A stretch of DNA of 64,000 nucleotides from Macrostomum lignano (lineage: Eukaryota), in NCBI GenBank assembly GCA_002269645.1, contig NIVC01000659.1, positions 426,232 through 490,231 of the forward strand. Direction: 5' to 3'. The translations under genes were made by a program, and so were the position numbers. The notes under the pieces are model-generated. The model worked only from the letters and a program-made list of their open reading frames with translations, was not told the DNA's origin and did no database searches. Below, one piece after another: positions 13,406 through 29,133 of the stretch (position 1 is its first letter; each line of letters opens with the position of its first letter).

Positions 13406-14467
13406 TCACACCTTGTCAACAGAAAATACCTGGATGCGATAATTGCGGGCGTCAACAACGTACAATTTAAGCGACGTCGGATCAAAGGCCAGGCCGCGCG
13501 GCTTGTTAAACTGGCCGGGGCCGGAGCCCTGGCCGCCGCAGAAAGTCAGCAGGCGACCCTCGCCGTCGCCTTGGCCAGTGATAGCAAAACTAATTAGCTT
13601 GACACTGTGATCGCCCTGCATGCTGGACGAGGAGACGAACACTGTGTCGGGCAAGGGACCCGGGACAAGAGCAAATGGTTCGCCAATACTGTCAAGTCCA
13701 GACAGGCGGACACTGCAACGCTGATGAGTTTCCAGCAGTAGTACATGGCCGGACTCGAAGTCTCCAGTAACAAGTCGCTGCTGCTGCTGCGGTCCGAGGC
13801 TGCACTGACAGACACCGCGAGTGTGAATGCCGGTAAAGTAGCCGGGCGAGTCCTCGTCTGGCACAGGTCGATAAGACTGCAGATCGTAGACTCGAACTCG
13901 GCGGTGACCGGAGTCGCAGACGTACAGCCGGTCGAATGCGACGCACATGCCCATCGGGGCGCAGAGCTCGTCTGGCCAGCTGATCACGTGACGCACATCG
14001 CCGGCCAAATCGCATACGTAGATAAAGTCGAATTCGCAATCGGCAACATAAAGAGAACGGTCATGAATGAGTATCCGACCGATGTGATAGCGTTGCAGCA
14101 ACGCCTCGGAGTTGGCCGGCACGCCGGCAATGTGAACGGCGCTGTGCAGGCTAAGCGTGACGTCGGCCACGTGACGACCAGTTTGATCGAAAACAAGCAA
14201 CGAATGACAGGGGAATCCGGCGCTAACATACAGACAGGGACTGGGCATGTCTGTCTCGCCAGCCTGCTTAGCCACTTCGCCGTTGCCTAGCAGGCGAACT
14301 ATAGAACTGCTGCCAGTTCGAGGGCTTAAAACGCAACCGACAGTGTCCAATGCTATGGCAATATCGTAGATTTCGTGCAGAGCCTCTCGCGGTCGATTAT
14401 TTCTACTGGCCTCCTCGGAGGTCATTTTCAAATGGACTGGCCATTCGTGCGAATAGGCTAAGCGCAT
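13406..14467 (-). CDS. Intronless NHL-repeat beta-propeller protein (~353 aa), nested in DUS1L intron 1
   Basis: NHL-type repeats LYVADC, PMGMCV..RLYVCDSGHRRVRVYD and GQGSGPGQFNKPRGLAFD..LYVVDARNYRIQVF. First ATG at 14467; the ORF-track start at 14524 is not ATG. AATAAA on minus near 13082-13087. Confidence 0.85.
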   Translation of the reverse strand: MRLAYSHEWPVHLKMTSEEASRNNRPREALHEIYDIAIALDTVGCVLSPRTGSSSIVRLLGNGEVAKQAGETDMPSPCLYVSAGFPCHSLLVFDQTGRHVADVTLSLHSAVHIAGVPANSEALLQRYHIGRILIHDRSLYVADCEFDFIYVCDLAGDVRHVISWPDELCAPMGMCVAFDRLYVCDSGHRRVRVYDLQSYRPVPDEDSPGYFTGIHTRGVCQCSLGPQQQQRLVTGDFESGHVLLLETHQRCSVRLSGLDSIGEPFALVPGPLPDTVFVSSSSMQGDHSVKLISFAITGQGDGEGRLLTFCGGQGSGPGQFNKPRGLAFDPTSLKLYVVDARNYRIQVFSVDKV

Positions 14468-16859
14468 TGCCGCGAAGGATTTGGTTGATAAACTTGAGAG
14501 AAGACCAGTGTAGTTTAATAACAATTCTTAGTCAGCTGTCTTCAATGCCGAATCTATGCCGATACGTTGCTGGATACTGGTTGCTTATTCTCTTGTCGTT
14601 CTATCTTTCCGTTTTTTTGTTTGTTGAGACCACTTGACAGAAGAGCTTTATTTTAAAGTCTTTTTTTGTGGATAAAAAACGGTCGACAAAACCGTAAAAA
14701 CGCTAGCAAGATAGTTGACGCCGCAAATGTAGTTGGTGCAGTGGCTAGACCGTTCAACCAGCGGGTGGGGAGGGAGGCAAAGCAAGAGCTAAAATAGCTC
14801 GACAGAGTTAACGGCAACAGCCGATTGGCTGGAAGGTAGACAAGCAGATAGTTGCTTGGCTAAGCAGCTGGCTTGCTTTGGGACGGCGGTTAGGTGTGGA
14901 AGGGCAGAAAATGTTAAAATAGAAATCTAAGCGAAGGCGATAGAAGTTATTTAAGAAAAAACTGCGCCCACCGGCGACTAGGAATAGAGAGAGAGAGAGA
15001 GAGACAGAGAGATCTACTTCTGTTCTTTGCTCAGTTTATTCAGTTCTGTTCTGAACAAAAAATATATATTAGCTATTTGAGAACGATGCGGCTCTTAAGC
15101 CAACTGGAGACAGGGAGATAGAGATGGGTGGATAGGCAGAAAGGAAAGGGAGAGAGAGAGACAGACAGAGATAGTTTGGTGCTAGGGGTTCAAGCGTTGA
15201 ACAGTCACGCGCCGGTTGCAAGACGAGAATAATGGGGGAAAATGTGCGCTTAGCGCCTATAGTCGTTGGCTAAAAGAACTAAACTGAATGGTGGTTAATA
15301 GGCTTGCGTACAAGCAAAGCAAAGCGCGACTACAGCTTAGAGGGTAGAGGTGGGGGGAGAAGTGCTGGACTGCGCACAACTCGGTTGACTACACCGCTTC
15401 TCTCTCCTCTTCGCTATCACTAGAGCTATCTTCGCTTAAAATAAAAACTTAGAAGAATCAGGTCTCAAACTTTAGAGCTTACACTATACTGCGGGACTCC
15501 GATAGGGCGTCTTTATAAGGCGCCTTAATAAACAACAGTATTTAGTGCCAGCTAGTATAAACAGATAGGAAGGAATGGACACGGTATCAGATGCACGCCT
15601 TGTCAGTTGGGATATCCATATATAAGATATAGTTGTAGAAAGGGGAGACTTTTTAGAGAAATGCCAATGCTACACAAGCAATCCAAACCAGCCAACCAAA
15701 GCGCACAGTCTAACCAATGGCGACATAGGAACGGGAGCACTCTGTGGAAGGCGGGCCATCCGGTCAATAAGGTTGGGGAAGGTTCGAGAGATGGGAAACT
15801 CCGACAAGAAAGTTGGGGAGGGGGTTTGCATAGCTGGAGGGAGAAGGCGAGGAAGTGCGCGAAGACGAAGTCCCTCCAAACTGCTCCGGGATTGGCTCTG
15901 CTATGCTGGGCGGGTCATGGGAAAGAAGGAATCTTCTTTCAACACCCGACAAGAGAGCGCAGAAGAGAAGCGAGGAGAGGAAGGGAGGTAGAAGCCTAAA
16001 CTTCCAGCTTCAATCTCCCGTCACTTGTGTTCAATGTTCATTGAATCCCAATTGCATTTACAATGCAAAGCAAAGGGCATGTACGCCCAACCGCCAAGAG
16101 AGCCGTTAACAGGGGTAGAGCAGCTGAATGAAGGCCAGCGCTGTTAACATTTTATATATATTTCTATATCCAAGCAGCTTTTCTTTGAGCTCAACAATAG
16201 CGTAGTCTCGTCGGAGTGGGGAGGAGGGAACAAAGATAGAAGTCAATCCTCTCTACCTATCAATACCTTTGTACTTGCAGCCTGCACTATGGAAGAATAG
16301 AATGCAGAGCAGGTAAAAGTACCTATTAGGCTATAGGTTTGATTGCATCCACAGCCATATTAATTCATGACTTCAAGCACTGAAAATCCCCCCTCAGAGG
16401 CTTGTGTCGTGAGATGTATGTAAAAGACTGCATGTATAGAAATAATAATTGTCAAGTTGTCGCAATCGATTTTCGTTCATAAATTCAAGCGAGCCAAGCC
16501 AAGCTTAAAAGATATTCGTAATTATAACGTCCAGGACGCGGGGGGACAGGCGATTAGCATATTATGCAAATAGGCTGGTAAGGCTGGAGAACAAGGACTG
16601 CCTGTTTAATAGTCAACCGAAGTTAGACGCCGAATTTACGCCCCAGTAGCGACATAAAAACTGATTCAGGGAGAATGCGGGCAGGGCATCTCCTACTATC
16701 TTGCTAAAATACAAGATTAGAAAAAAAGCAACAGAAGAATCGTCCTAAGTCGCTTCAATTTTACCCCGTAGATTAATAGACGATTAAGATTAAAATAGCA
16801 TTCAAAAGCAAATAAAAAGGCAAAGACAGAGATATAAGATAGATCAGGGAAAAACAGGC

Positions 16860-16908
16860 GCAAGACACTAAAACACACAAAAAGGATTAAGACAGACAGA
16901 GACACTAG

Positions 16909-16946
<38 letters not shown>

Positions 16947-16959
16947 TAGACAGACAGAG

Positions 16960-17002
<43 letters not shown>

Positions 17003-17041
17003 GACACTAGGACAGACAGACAGACAGATAGACAGACAGAG

Positions 17042-17096
<55 letters not shown>

Positions 17097-17180
17097 GAGG
17101 CGGACAGACAGACAGACAGAGAGACAAACAGACAGACCGACAGACAGACACTAAGACAGACAGACAGACAGACAGGCAGA
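16860..17180. repeat. (GACA)n microsatellite just inside the DUS1L intron 1 donor
   Basis: Direct tetranucleotide run. Confidence 0.95.
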
Positions 17181-17251
17181 CAGTGCAATATCATCAAGAG
17201 CTCCACACAGACCCGGATCAAAGCCAAGCAGTACAAACAAACCAGACTCAC

Positions 17252-17684
17252 TCATGCCGCAAATCAAGTCCCATTCGTCCTGCAGAAAAGCGCCGTAGTG
17301 GCCGCGCCTGGCAATACTCTGCGGACAGCCCAGATTCAAGTCGATAGCGTCGCAGGCGTGCTGTGCCAGCTTGGCGGCCTGACAAAGCGTGTCAGCATCG
17401 TTGGCGCAGAACTGCACAATTAGCGGGCGATCCTCCGGGCAAGTCTGCAAGCTGAGCTGCCGATAGTTTTTATCCCTAACAAAAACGCTGGCGTGAAACA
17501 TCGGCGTGTAGCAGAGCTGAGCGCCGTGCCGTCTGGCCAGCAGGCGCCAAGCCAGTTCGCTCTGGTCCACCATTGGCGCCAGTATGAAGCGCGGCGCGCC
17601 CAGAGTGTCATTGTAAAATTGCCAGGCCGCCGAAGATGGCAACGCCGAAGCGTCCGACGGGGTGTTCTCAGAATCAGATGACAT
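17252..17684 (-). CDS. DUS1L: DUS1L exon 1
   Basis: ATG at 17684. Motifs [28 protein letters not shown] and IDLNLGCPQ (catalytic Cys), then GHYGAFL. Donor ATGA|gtgagt. Confidence 0.95.
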
Positions 17685-17809
17685 GAATGGAAGATAATAC
17701 ACAACGGGATAAACTTGCTGAGCAGAGGAACTAGGGAGAAATAACTGCTAATGAAACACTAACAGCCTTAACAAAGGGCTTTGATCCTAGACTACGGTTT
17801 AAGAGGAGC

Positions 17810-18535
17810 TGGCACCTGAGGATCTGGGAAGAGGGCTGGCACCTGAGGATCTGGAATGAGCTGGCATCTGAGGATCTGGAATGAGCTGGCAATTGAGGAT
17901 CTGGGAGCTGGCATCTGACGATCTGGGAGGAGCTGGCATCTGAGGATCTGGGAGAAGATGGCACCTGAGGATCTGGGAGGAGCTGGCATCTGAGGATCGA
18001 GGAGTCAGCATCTGAGGATCTGGGAGGAGCTGGCATCTGAGGATCTGGGAGGAGATGGCACCTGAGGATCTGGGAGGAGCTGGCATCTGAGGATCTAGGA
18101 GTCAGCATCTGAGGATCTGGGAGGAGATGGCATCTGAGGATCTGGGAGGACATGGATGGCACCTAAGGATTTGGGAGGAGCTGGCATCTGAGGATCTGAG
18201 AGGAGATGGCACCTGAGGATCGGGGAGGAGCTGGCATCTGAGGATCTGGGAGGAGCTGGCATCTGAGGATCTGGGAGGAGCTGGCATATGAGGACCTGGG
18301 AGGACATGGCACCTAAGGATTTGGGAGGAGCTGACACCTGAGGATCTGGGACAAGCTGGCACCTGAGGATCTGGGAAGACGAGCTGGCACCTGATGATCA
18401 GAGATTATCTAGTACCTGAGGATCTGGGAAGACGAGCTGGCACCTGAGGATCAGAGATTATCTAGTACCTGAGGATCTGGGAAGACGAGCTGGCACCTGA
18501 GGATCAGAGATTATCTAGTACCTGAGGATCTGGGA
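17810..18535. repeat. ~25-bp minisatellite CTGGCATCTGAGGATCTGGGAGGAG, ending in larger composite units
   Basis: Tandem periodicity; last three units about 50 nt. Confidence 0.9.
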
Positions 18536-19247
18536 TGCCTGTGGACTGTCACTTTCTTGAGGATCAAAATTTTAAGGATGCTAATGGACTGTCACTTCAT
18601 TTAGTAGACCCTATCGAGTATTTGGAACATGCAAATTGTTAGATGACATGACAGATAATGAAGTAAGTCAACCCAATAAGCAGAAGGGCAGGGTTTACTA
18701 CATTAGCAGGCCGTGGCCCAGATAATGCATAGGGTTCTGCAGTTCTACAGAAAATATATACAAAACCTCATTAGTATTTAATAAAGGGCAAACATTCTTA
18801 AGGCTGTATACGAAGAGCTGAAGGCATTCCTACACTCCCTCTATATAAGGGCAATCCTATGTTAGAATTTACACTATTAGTAATGCCAAGCTCAAATTCT
18901 CAATTTGCTCTAGTGGCTACTTAGCTCGTAGCTGCACACTTCTAAACCAGTCCAGAAGGGGGGGGGCAAATAAGTAATTAGAGCTTGAGCAAATGTGAGT
19001 TTGGCTCTGACTGCAACTATAGGAGATTTGCACAGCATTCCTATAGGGCAAAATGAATTACCCTATCTAATGTATTCTGATGGACAGATATAGGAAAATA
19101 GTAAAGCCATTGGCTACAACTTGCTGGCAAGAAAAAAAACTGTCTGTGCTAAGCCGTAAAGTGGCCCCCGCAGGATTGGGGATAAATATTAAGCTGCTTA
19201 GACTATGTTTGTGCTAACGGTGGCTTATAGATAGGGGTGCACCCAGA

Positions 19248-19865
19248 GTACCGAATGAAGTATGAGAGTTCCGAATGAAGTATGAAAGAGTTCCGAATGA
19301 AGTATGAAAGAGTTCCGAATGAAGTATGAAAGAGTTCCGAATGAAGTATGAGAGTTCCGAATGAAGTATGAAAGAGTTCCGAATGAAGTATGAAAGAGTT
19401 CCGAATGAAGTATGAGAGTTCCGAATGAAATATGAGAGTACCGAATGAAGTATGAAAGTCCTAAATGAAGTATGAGAGTTCCGAATGGAGTGTGAGAGTC
19501 CTAAATGAAGTATGAGAGTTCCGAATGGAGTGTGAGAGTTCCGAATGAAGTATGAAAGAGTTCCGAATGAAGTGTGAGAGTCCTAAATGAAGTATGAGAG
19601 TTCCGAATGGAGTGTGAGAGTTCCGAATGAAGTATGAAAGAGTTCCGAATGAAGTGTGAGAGTCCTAAATGAAGTATGAGAGTTCCGAATGGAGTGTGAG
19701 AGTTCCGAATGAAGTATGAAAGAGTTCCGAATGAAGTATGAAAGAGTTCCGAATGAAGTATGAGATGTGTGAAAGTCCTAAATGAAATATGAGAGTTCCG
19801 AATGGAGTGTGAGAGTCCTAAATGAAGTATAAGAATTCTGAATGAAGCATGAAGTTCCGAAATAG
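19248..19865. repeat. 20-22-bp minisatellite GAGTTCCGAATGAAGTATGA(AA)
   Basis: Direct tandem periodicity. Confidence 0.92.
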
Positions 19866-20752
19866 ACAGTAGGTTGCTAAACTGGCTTTATTGGTGCCAA
19901 ACTGGGCGTCAAGGGCGTAAAACTACAGGATATAGACACTAAACTACAAAATATAGACACTAAAACATAAGATATAGGCACTAAAATAGACACTAGACAA
20001 TTGCTATTTCTAATGAAAGCGAACGCACAATAAGCAAGACCATAACAAAAAAGCTGATAGCAATTGATAAAAGAAACAAGGGACGCCATGTATTGTAATT
20101 TGCTTAATTAATAGTCCAACCTGACATAAAGTACATTGTTAGATATAAGAGAAGATAGGAAAACAGTTGACAAAAATTGAGAAATTTATATTCATTTCAT
20201 TCATTTATTTATTCTTATGTATATTAAACGTGAAGTTAAGAGAGCGAGGAGCCATTCCAGAACAGAAAAAGAGGCTTACCGGGCAGAGCAGATTAGGGCA
20301 GCGGAATATGCGTGGCATACTACTGTAGCTTACTGACAATCTTATTGTTTAGAAAAAAACGCGGCATTTGTTACTTGCAAGTAACAAGACGAGAAGGCGC
20401 AATTCAATTGGACCATTTTGTATGCTAAGAATTCTTTACTCACTCGCTGAATAAATATAGAGAAACGGGGTGTCCCAAAAACTGTGAATGAAGGAGAATT
20501 TTTATCGATTTCTAAGACAAGGAAGCCAGTAGGCCTGGCTACTAAATAAGAGCATTAGAAAGTTCGATTGCAATATAACTAATCCGTCTCATTTCTAGCG
20601 GCTCAACCGAAATCGATCCTTATTGAGCCTGCTCTGACCATCTATGAGGGAGAAAAATCGAACCAGCAACCTATACTTTGACCTATTTAATTATATCTAG
20701 CCCGCACAGTCCTGTAAGTTGAGACAATCGCACAGGCGCCGTCACTCTCTCT

Positions 20753-20986
20753 TCACTCTTTCCTAGCCCGTTTCTTCTCCGCCTCGGCCTCGCGCTCCGC
20801 TTCAATCTCGGCCATCAGTGCTGACAACCGTTCGGCCGGGAGAATCTCCCATTCCGGTACGCCGTCCCGGCAGCGCATCACGCCCAGATCGACATTCTTA
20901 GCGCCGCTCTGCACCACCTCCAGGATAGCTCGGAGGGCCAGCTTAATAGCGCCGACCTCGTCAGCTACGGACTCGGGAGTGTACAT
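20753..20986 (-). CDS. PSMA7: Proteasome subunit alpha type-7, exon 2
   Basis: Acceptor catttccccag|ATG; encodes AIKLALRAILEVVQSGAKNVDLGVM and the charged tail EAEKKRARKE. Confidence 0.93.
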   Translation of the reverse strand: MYTPESVADEVGAIKLALRAILEVVQSGAKNVDLGVMRCRDGVPEWEILPAERLSALMAEIEAEREAEAEKKRARKE

Positions 20987-21109
20987 CTGGGGAAATGGGG
21001 GGGTCGAAAGTGTTATGTAAATTTCAGAATATTGTCTTCGACTTTTTACTTGTTGTATTATTCCTGCCTGCGTGCATATTGGTTAACCAAACCACGGTAG
21101 AACTTGAGA

Positions 21110-21575
21110 CGTAGGATATGAGACTTGGATTTAAGACTTGGGATTTGAGATTTGGAATTTGAAATTTGAGACACGTGATTTGGAATTTGAGATTTAGGAT
21201 TCGGGATTTGAGACTTGGGATTTAGGAGCTGAGAGTTGGGATTTGGGATTCGAGATTTAGGATCGGGATTGGGGATACATTAGGATCGAGATTAGGGGGT
21301 ACATTGAGATCGAGATTAAGGTACATTAGGATCGAGATTAGGGGGTACATTGAGATCGAGATTAAGGTACATTAGGATCGAGATTAGGGGGTACATTGAG
21401 ATCGAGATTAAAGTACATTGGGATCGGGATTGGGGGTACATTGGGATCGATATTAGGGGGTAAATTGGGATCAGGATAGCTGGTAAATTGGGATCGGAAT
21501 AGGGAGTACACTGGGATCGAAATTAGGGGGTACATTGGGATCGGGCTGGGGGCGGGGGTACATTAGGATCGGGAT
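21110..21575. repeat. Degenerate GGGATTTGAGA and TACATTGGGATCGAGATTAGGGG repeats in the PSMA7 intron
   Basis: Two abutting short-period arrays. Confidence 0.8.
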
Positions 21576-21622
21576 TGCTGGTATACTGGTGCCAAACGCT
21601 ATGCTCAACAGTATCAACTCAC

Positions 21623-22147
21623 CTTCTCAAGAAACTCTCTAACAGTTTTGTCATTCTTGCCAACCGCATTAGCCAGCCATTCGTTGTAAGCGCCAGACGG
21701 ATCTGTGCAGTAAAGATGCGGCGTGCCATCGACATTGAAGCCAACCAGCAGGGTAGACAGGCCGAATGGCCGCCGACCAGTGGACTGCGTGTACTTCTGC
21801 TTGATGCCGGCAACGAACCGGGCAATGTACTCCAACGTGACGGGATCTTCAACTGTCAAACGATGCGATTTACATTCCACTCGGGCGCGATTAATTAAAA
21901 TACGAGCATCGGCCGTCAAGCCGGCAAACGCCATGGCCACGTGATTGTCTAGTAGGGCCATTTTACGAACAGTTCGATCGTCCTGCAGCTTGGCAGCGGC
22001 TTTTTTCTCAACAGCCAGCACGGCGCAATTGCCGCCACGAATGCCAACAGCTGTGGAGCCTTTCTTCACGGCCTCCTGGGCGTATTCTACTTGGAATAGA
22101 TGGCCGTCTGGCGAGAAGACGGTGATGGCGCGATCGTAACGGGACAT
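21623..22147 (-). CDS. PSMA7: Proteasome subunit alpha type-7, exon 1
   Basis: [35 protein letters not shown] is the alpha-7/alpha4 signature; RPFGLS motif; donor AAG|gtgagt. Confidence 0.96.
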
Positions 22148-22950
22148 GATGTACTTCTGACTGATCACATAAGTTTTAGAAACAGGCGTTGATATTTTAG
22201 TTCTTGGATTTGCGACATCTTGGGATTATGATGTATTCAGGTTTTTGATTCCCCTCCTTTTGTGGTATATAAGCCAGCTGGCGTCAGTCAAGGAATTTTA
22301 AATCAAATTAAACACCAACATCTCTACCCTACTCTTTACACTGCTAAGGCTATGCCTCACAGAAGTTGCAGAGAAATCTGCAGACTATATGTTAAATTTG
22401 ACAACCGAGTGCCTAATATAAGTATATGCAGTATTATATTGTATTCTAAGAAAAAAGATTTTACAAATTCAATATTTCTTACAAATGTGTTATTCAAAAT
22501 TTGTACTAAAAGGGATCCTTGATGCACTTGATAATAGGGGCATTACCTTTGCCAATTACCTTTGCTGGATAGAGATAAAAGCTAAACTTGGAGGTGTTGG
22601 TGCCACATAATCTGGGACCTAGATAACTATATAGAAATTGCCTATTCTCTTCTCAATCAATTGTGCAACACTGACTAGCTGGAGGATGTGGTCACTAAGG
22701 ATAAAAATGGTGCCTTTACCTCAACATCCATTGCAAATGGCAATGATATAGCCTTAGTATGAAGTCACAGTATGAGCTTTATCCTTAGAAGCTCATATTA
22801 TCTATCTTCTAGGATGCCAAAATAATTGTGATATAGCAGCTACTGCCCGAGAACTAGACAATCATTGCCAACTACTATTAGCAATAGCTGGACTGTCTGC
22901 AACAGGCTTTAACCAAGAAGTGCCGAGAATATCATAGTCATCTTGCTATA

Positions 22951-24514
22951 CACTGTGTTCCAACTTATTATATATCAGTTTTTTTTAAATAATTTTTTCA
23001 TGAAGCAGCAAAAGTCATAATTTTTTAGCAGGAAATGTATTTCGTAACAATACTGGTAAGACTAACCACCAAAACTGAATGAAATTGAACGCGTATCTTC
23101 AAAATGATAAACAAAAAATTCACTTTTCTGCTGTTCCAGATAATTATGCAACTAGGAATAAAACATCGTCAGTATGAAATATTGATTGAAAATCGGAGAA
23201 TTTAGTCTCCCAAGCAGCAACACACAATTAATAGTTAATGCGGGCACCCTTCACTTGCAATATTTTTACCAAGCGACTGTCCATCGATGATGTCAGCTTC
23301 TTTACATGTGATTTAGGTATATTGGACACTTCAGCTTGCACAGCAGCCCACAGATCATGCTTGGAATGATACTGCTTACCATTGCTGTACAAGCTACGCT
23401 TCAAAATGCTCCAAAGATTTTCAATTGGATTCAAATCCGGAGAATTCGAAGGCCAATCCATCAGCTTGTCGTCCTTGAACCCGAGGTCATTCAAGAAATT
23501 GGTCGTCAGCTTCGCAGCATGGGAGGGAGCATTGTCCTGCATGAAAGTCAGCTTCTTTCGGCGAGCTGCTGGCTGGCGTCGCAGCCAGGGAACAAAATTC
23601 AGCTGCAGCAACTGACGGTAAGCTTCACCCGTGACCTTGACGCCATCAGGAACACGGAATGGGCCAATGATGGTGTTGTTGACAATGCCAGCCCAGATCA
23701 TGATGCCTCCACCGCCTTGCTGACGCCTCACGCGCTGCCCTGACACCTCGTCTCCAACCATCCAGCCTCTGGCCCAGCCATCAGGCCCATCCAAAGTGGC
23801 CCTGGTCTCATCTGTAAAAATGACTGAACTGAAGTCAGCCTTCAAATACTTCTGCGCCCAGCTGAGGCGCAGCTGGCGATGGCGAGAGGTCAGCATCGGC
23901 TTGGCGACAGCCTTGCGGCATTGAGCGATGGATGCAAGAGTGCGGCACCGCGTAGTTCTTGGCACATGGCCAAGATCCACTTGCTCAAAGATGAACTTGC
24001 TGGTGGCCAATGGATGTTTAAGGATTTCTCTTTTGATTTCTCGAAGTTTTCGATTCGAAATGCCTCGAACACTAGTTTTGCGAGTCCGCTGCCTTGATTT
24101 GGTGACATCAGCCAAGAATTTCTTTACTGTACGATGATCTCTGCCAAGCTGCTTGGAGATAGACAAAATAGTTTGGCCAGTTGCCAAAAGTTGCCCGATT
24201 TGAGATTTTTCCTTATCGGAGAGATCCTGGCGCTTGCCCATGGTTGATACACACAGAAAATTGTGAGAGAAATTCAGCTGCAGAACCACACAGTGAAATT
24301 CTGTGGCTTGCATAATAAGTTGGAACAGTGTAGCAGCTGTGTTGCGCAATGAAAGTTTGTTGGCACGTGCTAGCAAGAAGTTTAGTGAATGGCAGAGCTG
24401 CACAGAGTGTGTACTAGCTTGATGTACACCTGACACAAGCAGCAAGTCGCTGCGATCAATAATTTTGAAAATATTCAATTTAACACTCTTTGCTTAATAA
24501 CTTGGAACGCAGTG
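22951..24514 (-). mobile_element. Full-length Tc1-superfamily DD37E (TRT-like) transposon, 1564 bp
   Basis: 20-bp TIRs CACTGTGTTCCAACTTATTA / TAATAACTTGGAACGCAGTG (2 mismatches), TA on both flanks, intact transposase. Confidence 0.93.
23228..24241 (-). CDS. Tc1-like transposase, 337 aa, DD37E
   Basis: Starts MGKRQDLSD (HTH region LGRDHRTVKKF). Motifs FTDET, QDNAPSH and WPSNSPDLNPIENLW. 37 residues counted between the second D and the E. Confidence 0.93.
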   Translation of the reverse strand: MGKRQDLSDKEKSQIGQLLATGQTILSISKQLGRDHRTVKKFLADVTKSRQRTRKTSVRGISNRKLREIKREILKHPLATSKFIFEQVDLGHVPRTTRCRTLASIAQCRKAVAKPMLTSRHRQLRLSWAQKYLKADFSSVIFTDETRATLDGPDGWARGWMVGDEVSGQRVRRQQGGGGIMIWAGIVNNTIIGPFRVPDGVKVTGEAYRQLLQLNFVPWLRRQPAARRKKLTFMQDNAPSHAAKLTTNFLNDLGFKDDKLMDWPSNSPDLNPIENLWSILKRSLYSNGKQYHSKHDLWAAVQAEVSNIPKSHVKKLTSSMDSRLVKILQVKGARINY

Positions 24515-26016
24515 TATGACAATGCACTGGCACACAATGCTTAGGCCTAGTCAATGTGCAAGAAGCTGCCAGTGCTAGGTTGGGAGGTCCTGGCCTTTGC
24601 TATCTATCTTAAAGCCTAGATCTTAGGCCCTATGCTTAACAACTACTACTTTTTGCTGTGCTAAACTTAGTCTATGGCCAATCAGAGCTTCAAAGACAGG
24701 AGGACCTAGAAAGGCATCGGCAAAACTTCTTTGACTCATATAATATAGAATGCTGAATAGTATTGCAACAATGCAACTACAAGGGCATTCATTCTCTGTA
24801 GTCTATTTGCATATTGGTAGTAAGAGTTGGATGAGATCTTGATCTTGATATTTACTTACTTCTTATTACTGATGGGGGTATAGGCACCGCAAATAGGTTG
24901 CAAGGTCCCTATTGCAACCTAAAGGTAAAAGCGAATCTTGATCTTGATTGTTAATAACTTGGCTTTTTTAATCTTAGGCCTTAATTCCTAATCTTAATTT
25001 TAATCAAAAAGTTAACTTGAATAAGTTAATAAAAAAGATAATTTATAATTGTTACTTGGTGATTACAATATTCTTATATATTTGATATATCAAGTACTTA
25101 ATAAGCTTCATATTTTAAAATAATTTCATTCTCTTGGGTTTTATCATCATTGCAGAAATTTAACAAATAATAGGCCTAAATTATTAGCACTAATATTCAA
25201 AATATAAAAAATCACTAATATTCAAAACTACAATTGGATCAGCTGGACTGCCTGATCTCCCTTATGTTTGATTTTTTGCCTTGTGCGACGCTGACTTCCT
25301 TCATCTACATCATTGGATATTTCATCTCAATCCAGCATAGTTGTCTAAGCTTGTTCTTTGTCCTCAAGGTTTAGAAGTTTAGAAAATGATTTATTGCCTG
25401 TGCTGTTGACATATCACCTACTATATCGCTTCTTCTTTTTTCCACCCCTCCATTGCACAGTCCTGTTAATCATAGTGCCAGTTTGCTTTGATGTAAATTT
25501 AGGTTGAGGTACTCTAAGGAATATGGAAGCTTCGTCCACTTTTTCTCCTTAGAATAGAATGTAATATAAGAATAAATAAAATTTGAGAATGTCAAACTGG
25601 TAGCACTTGCTTTTCACTAATCTAAACCAACTCTCTACATGCGCAGTGCGCATTAAAATAATAAGATTTTGTATTTATTTTATGCAAACTTTTTTATTTC
25701 ATCAGTCACAATGCTATCAATTAAAATTGTATCTAGCCCTATCCAAAGAAATATATCAGTCAATTGTGCAGTGCAAAAAGTATTTTAGCACCAAAAGTAT
25801 GGGTGTACTGATGTTTGATTGCATGGCATGAAACTATACAAAAGTCCAAGTAGGCAGGTTAGTATACACAATGCAAAAAAGTTAAATAGTGCTGCATGGC
25901 TTAACAAAATCAATTTAACTGATTGAACCCAATGAGTCAGTGTTTATTAGTTTATAGAGAATCTTTTAAAAAATTACTGTGAATCAGCCAATATATGTAC
26001 CTCATGCATGCAAATA

Positions 26017-29133
<3,117 letters not shown>

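Noticed and set aside
23228-24478. 416-aa transposase as given in the ORF track
   Set aside because: The first 79 codons run into the subterminal region; the family-typical start is MGKRQ at 24241.
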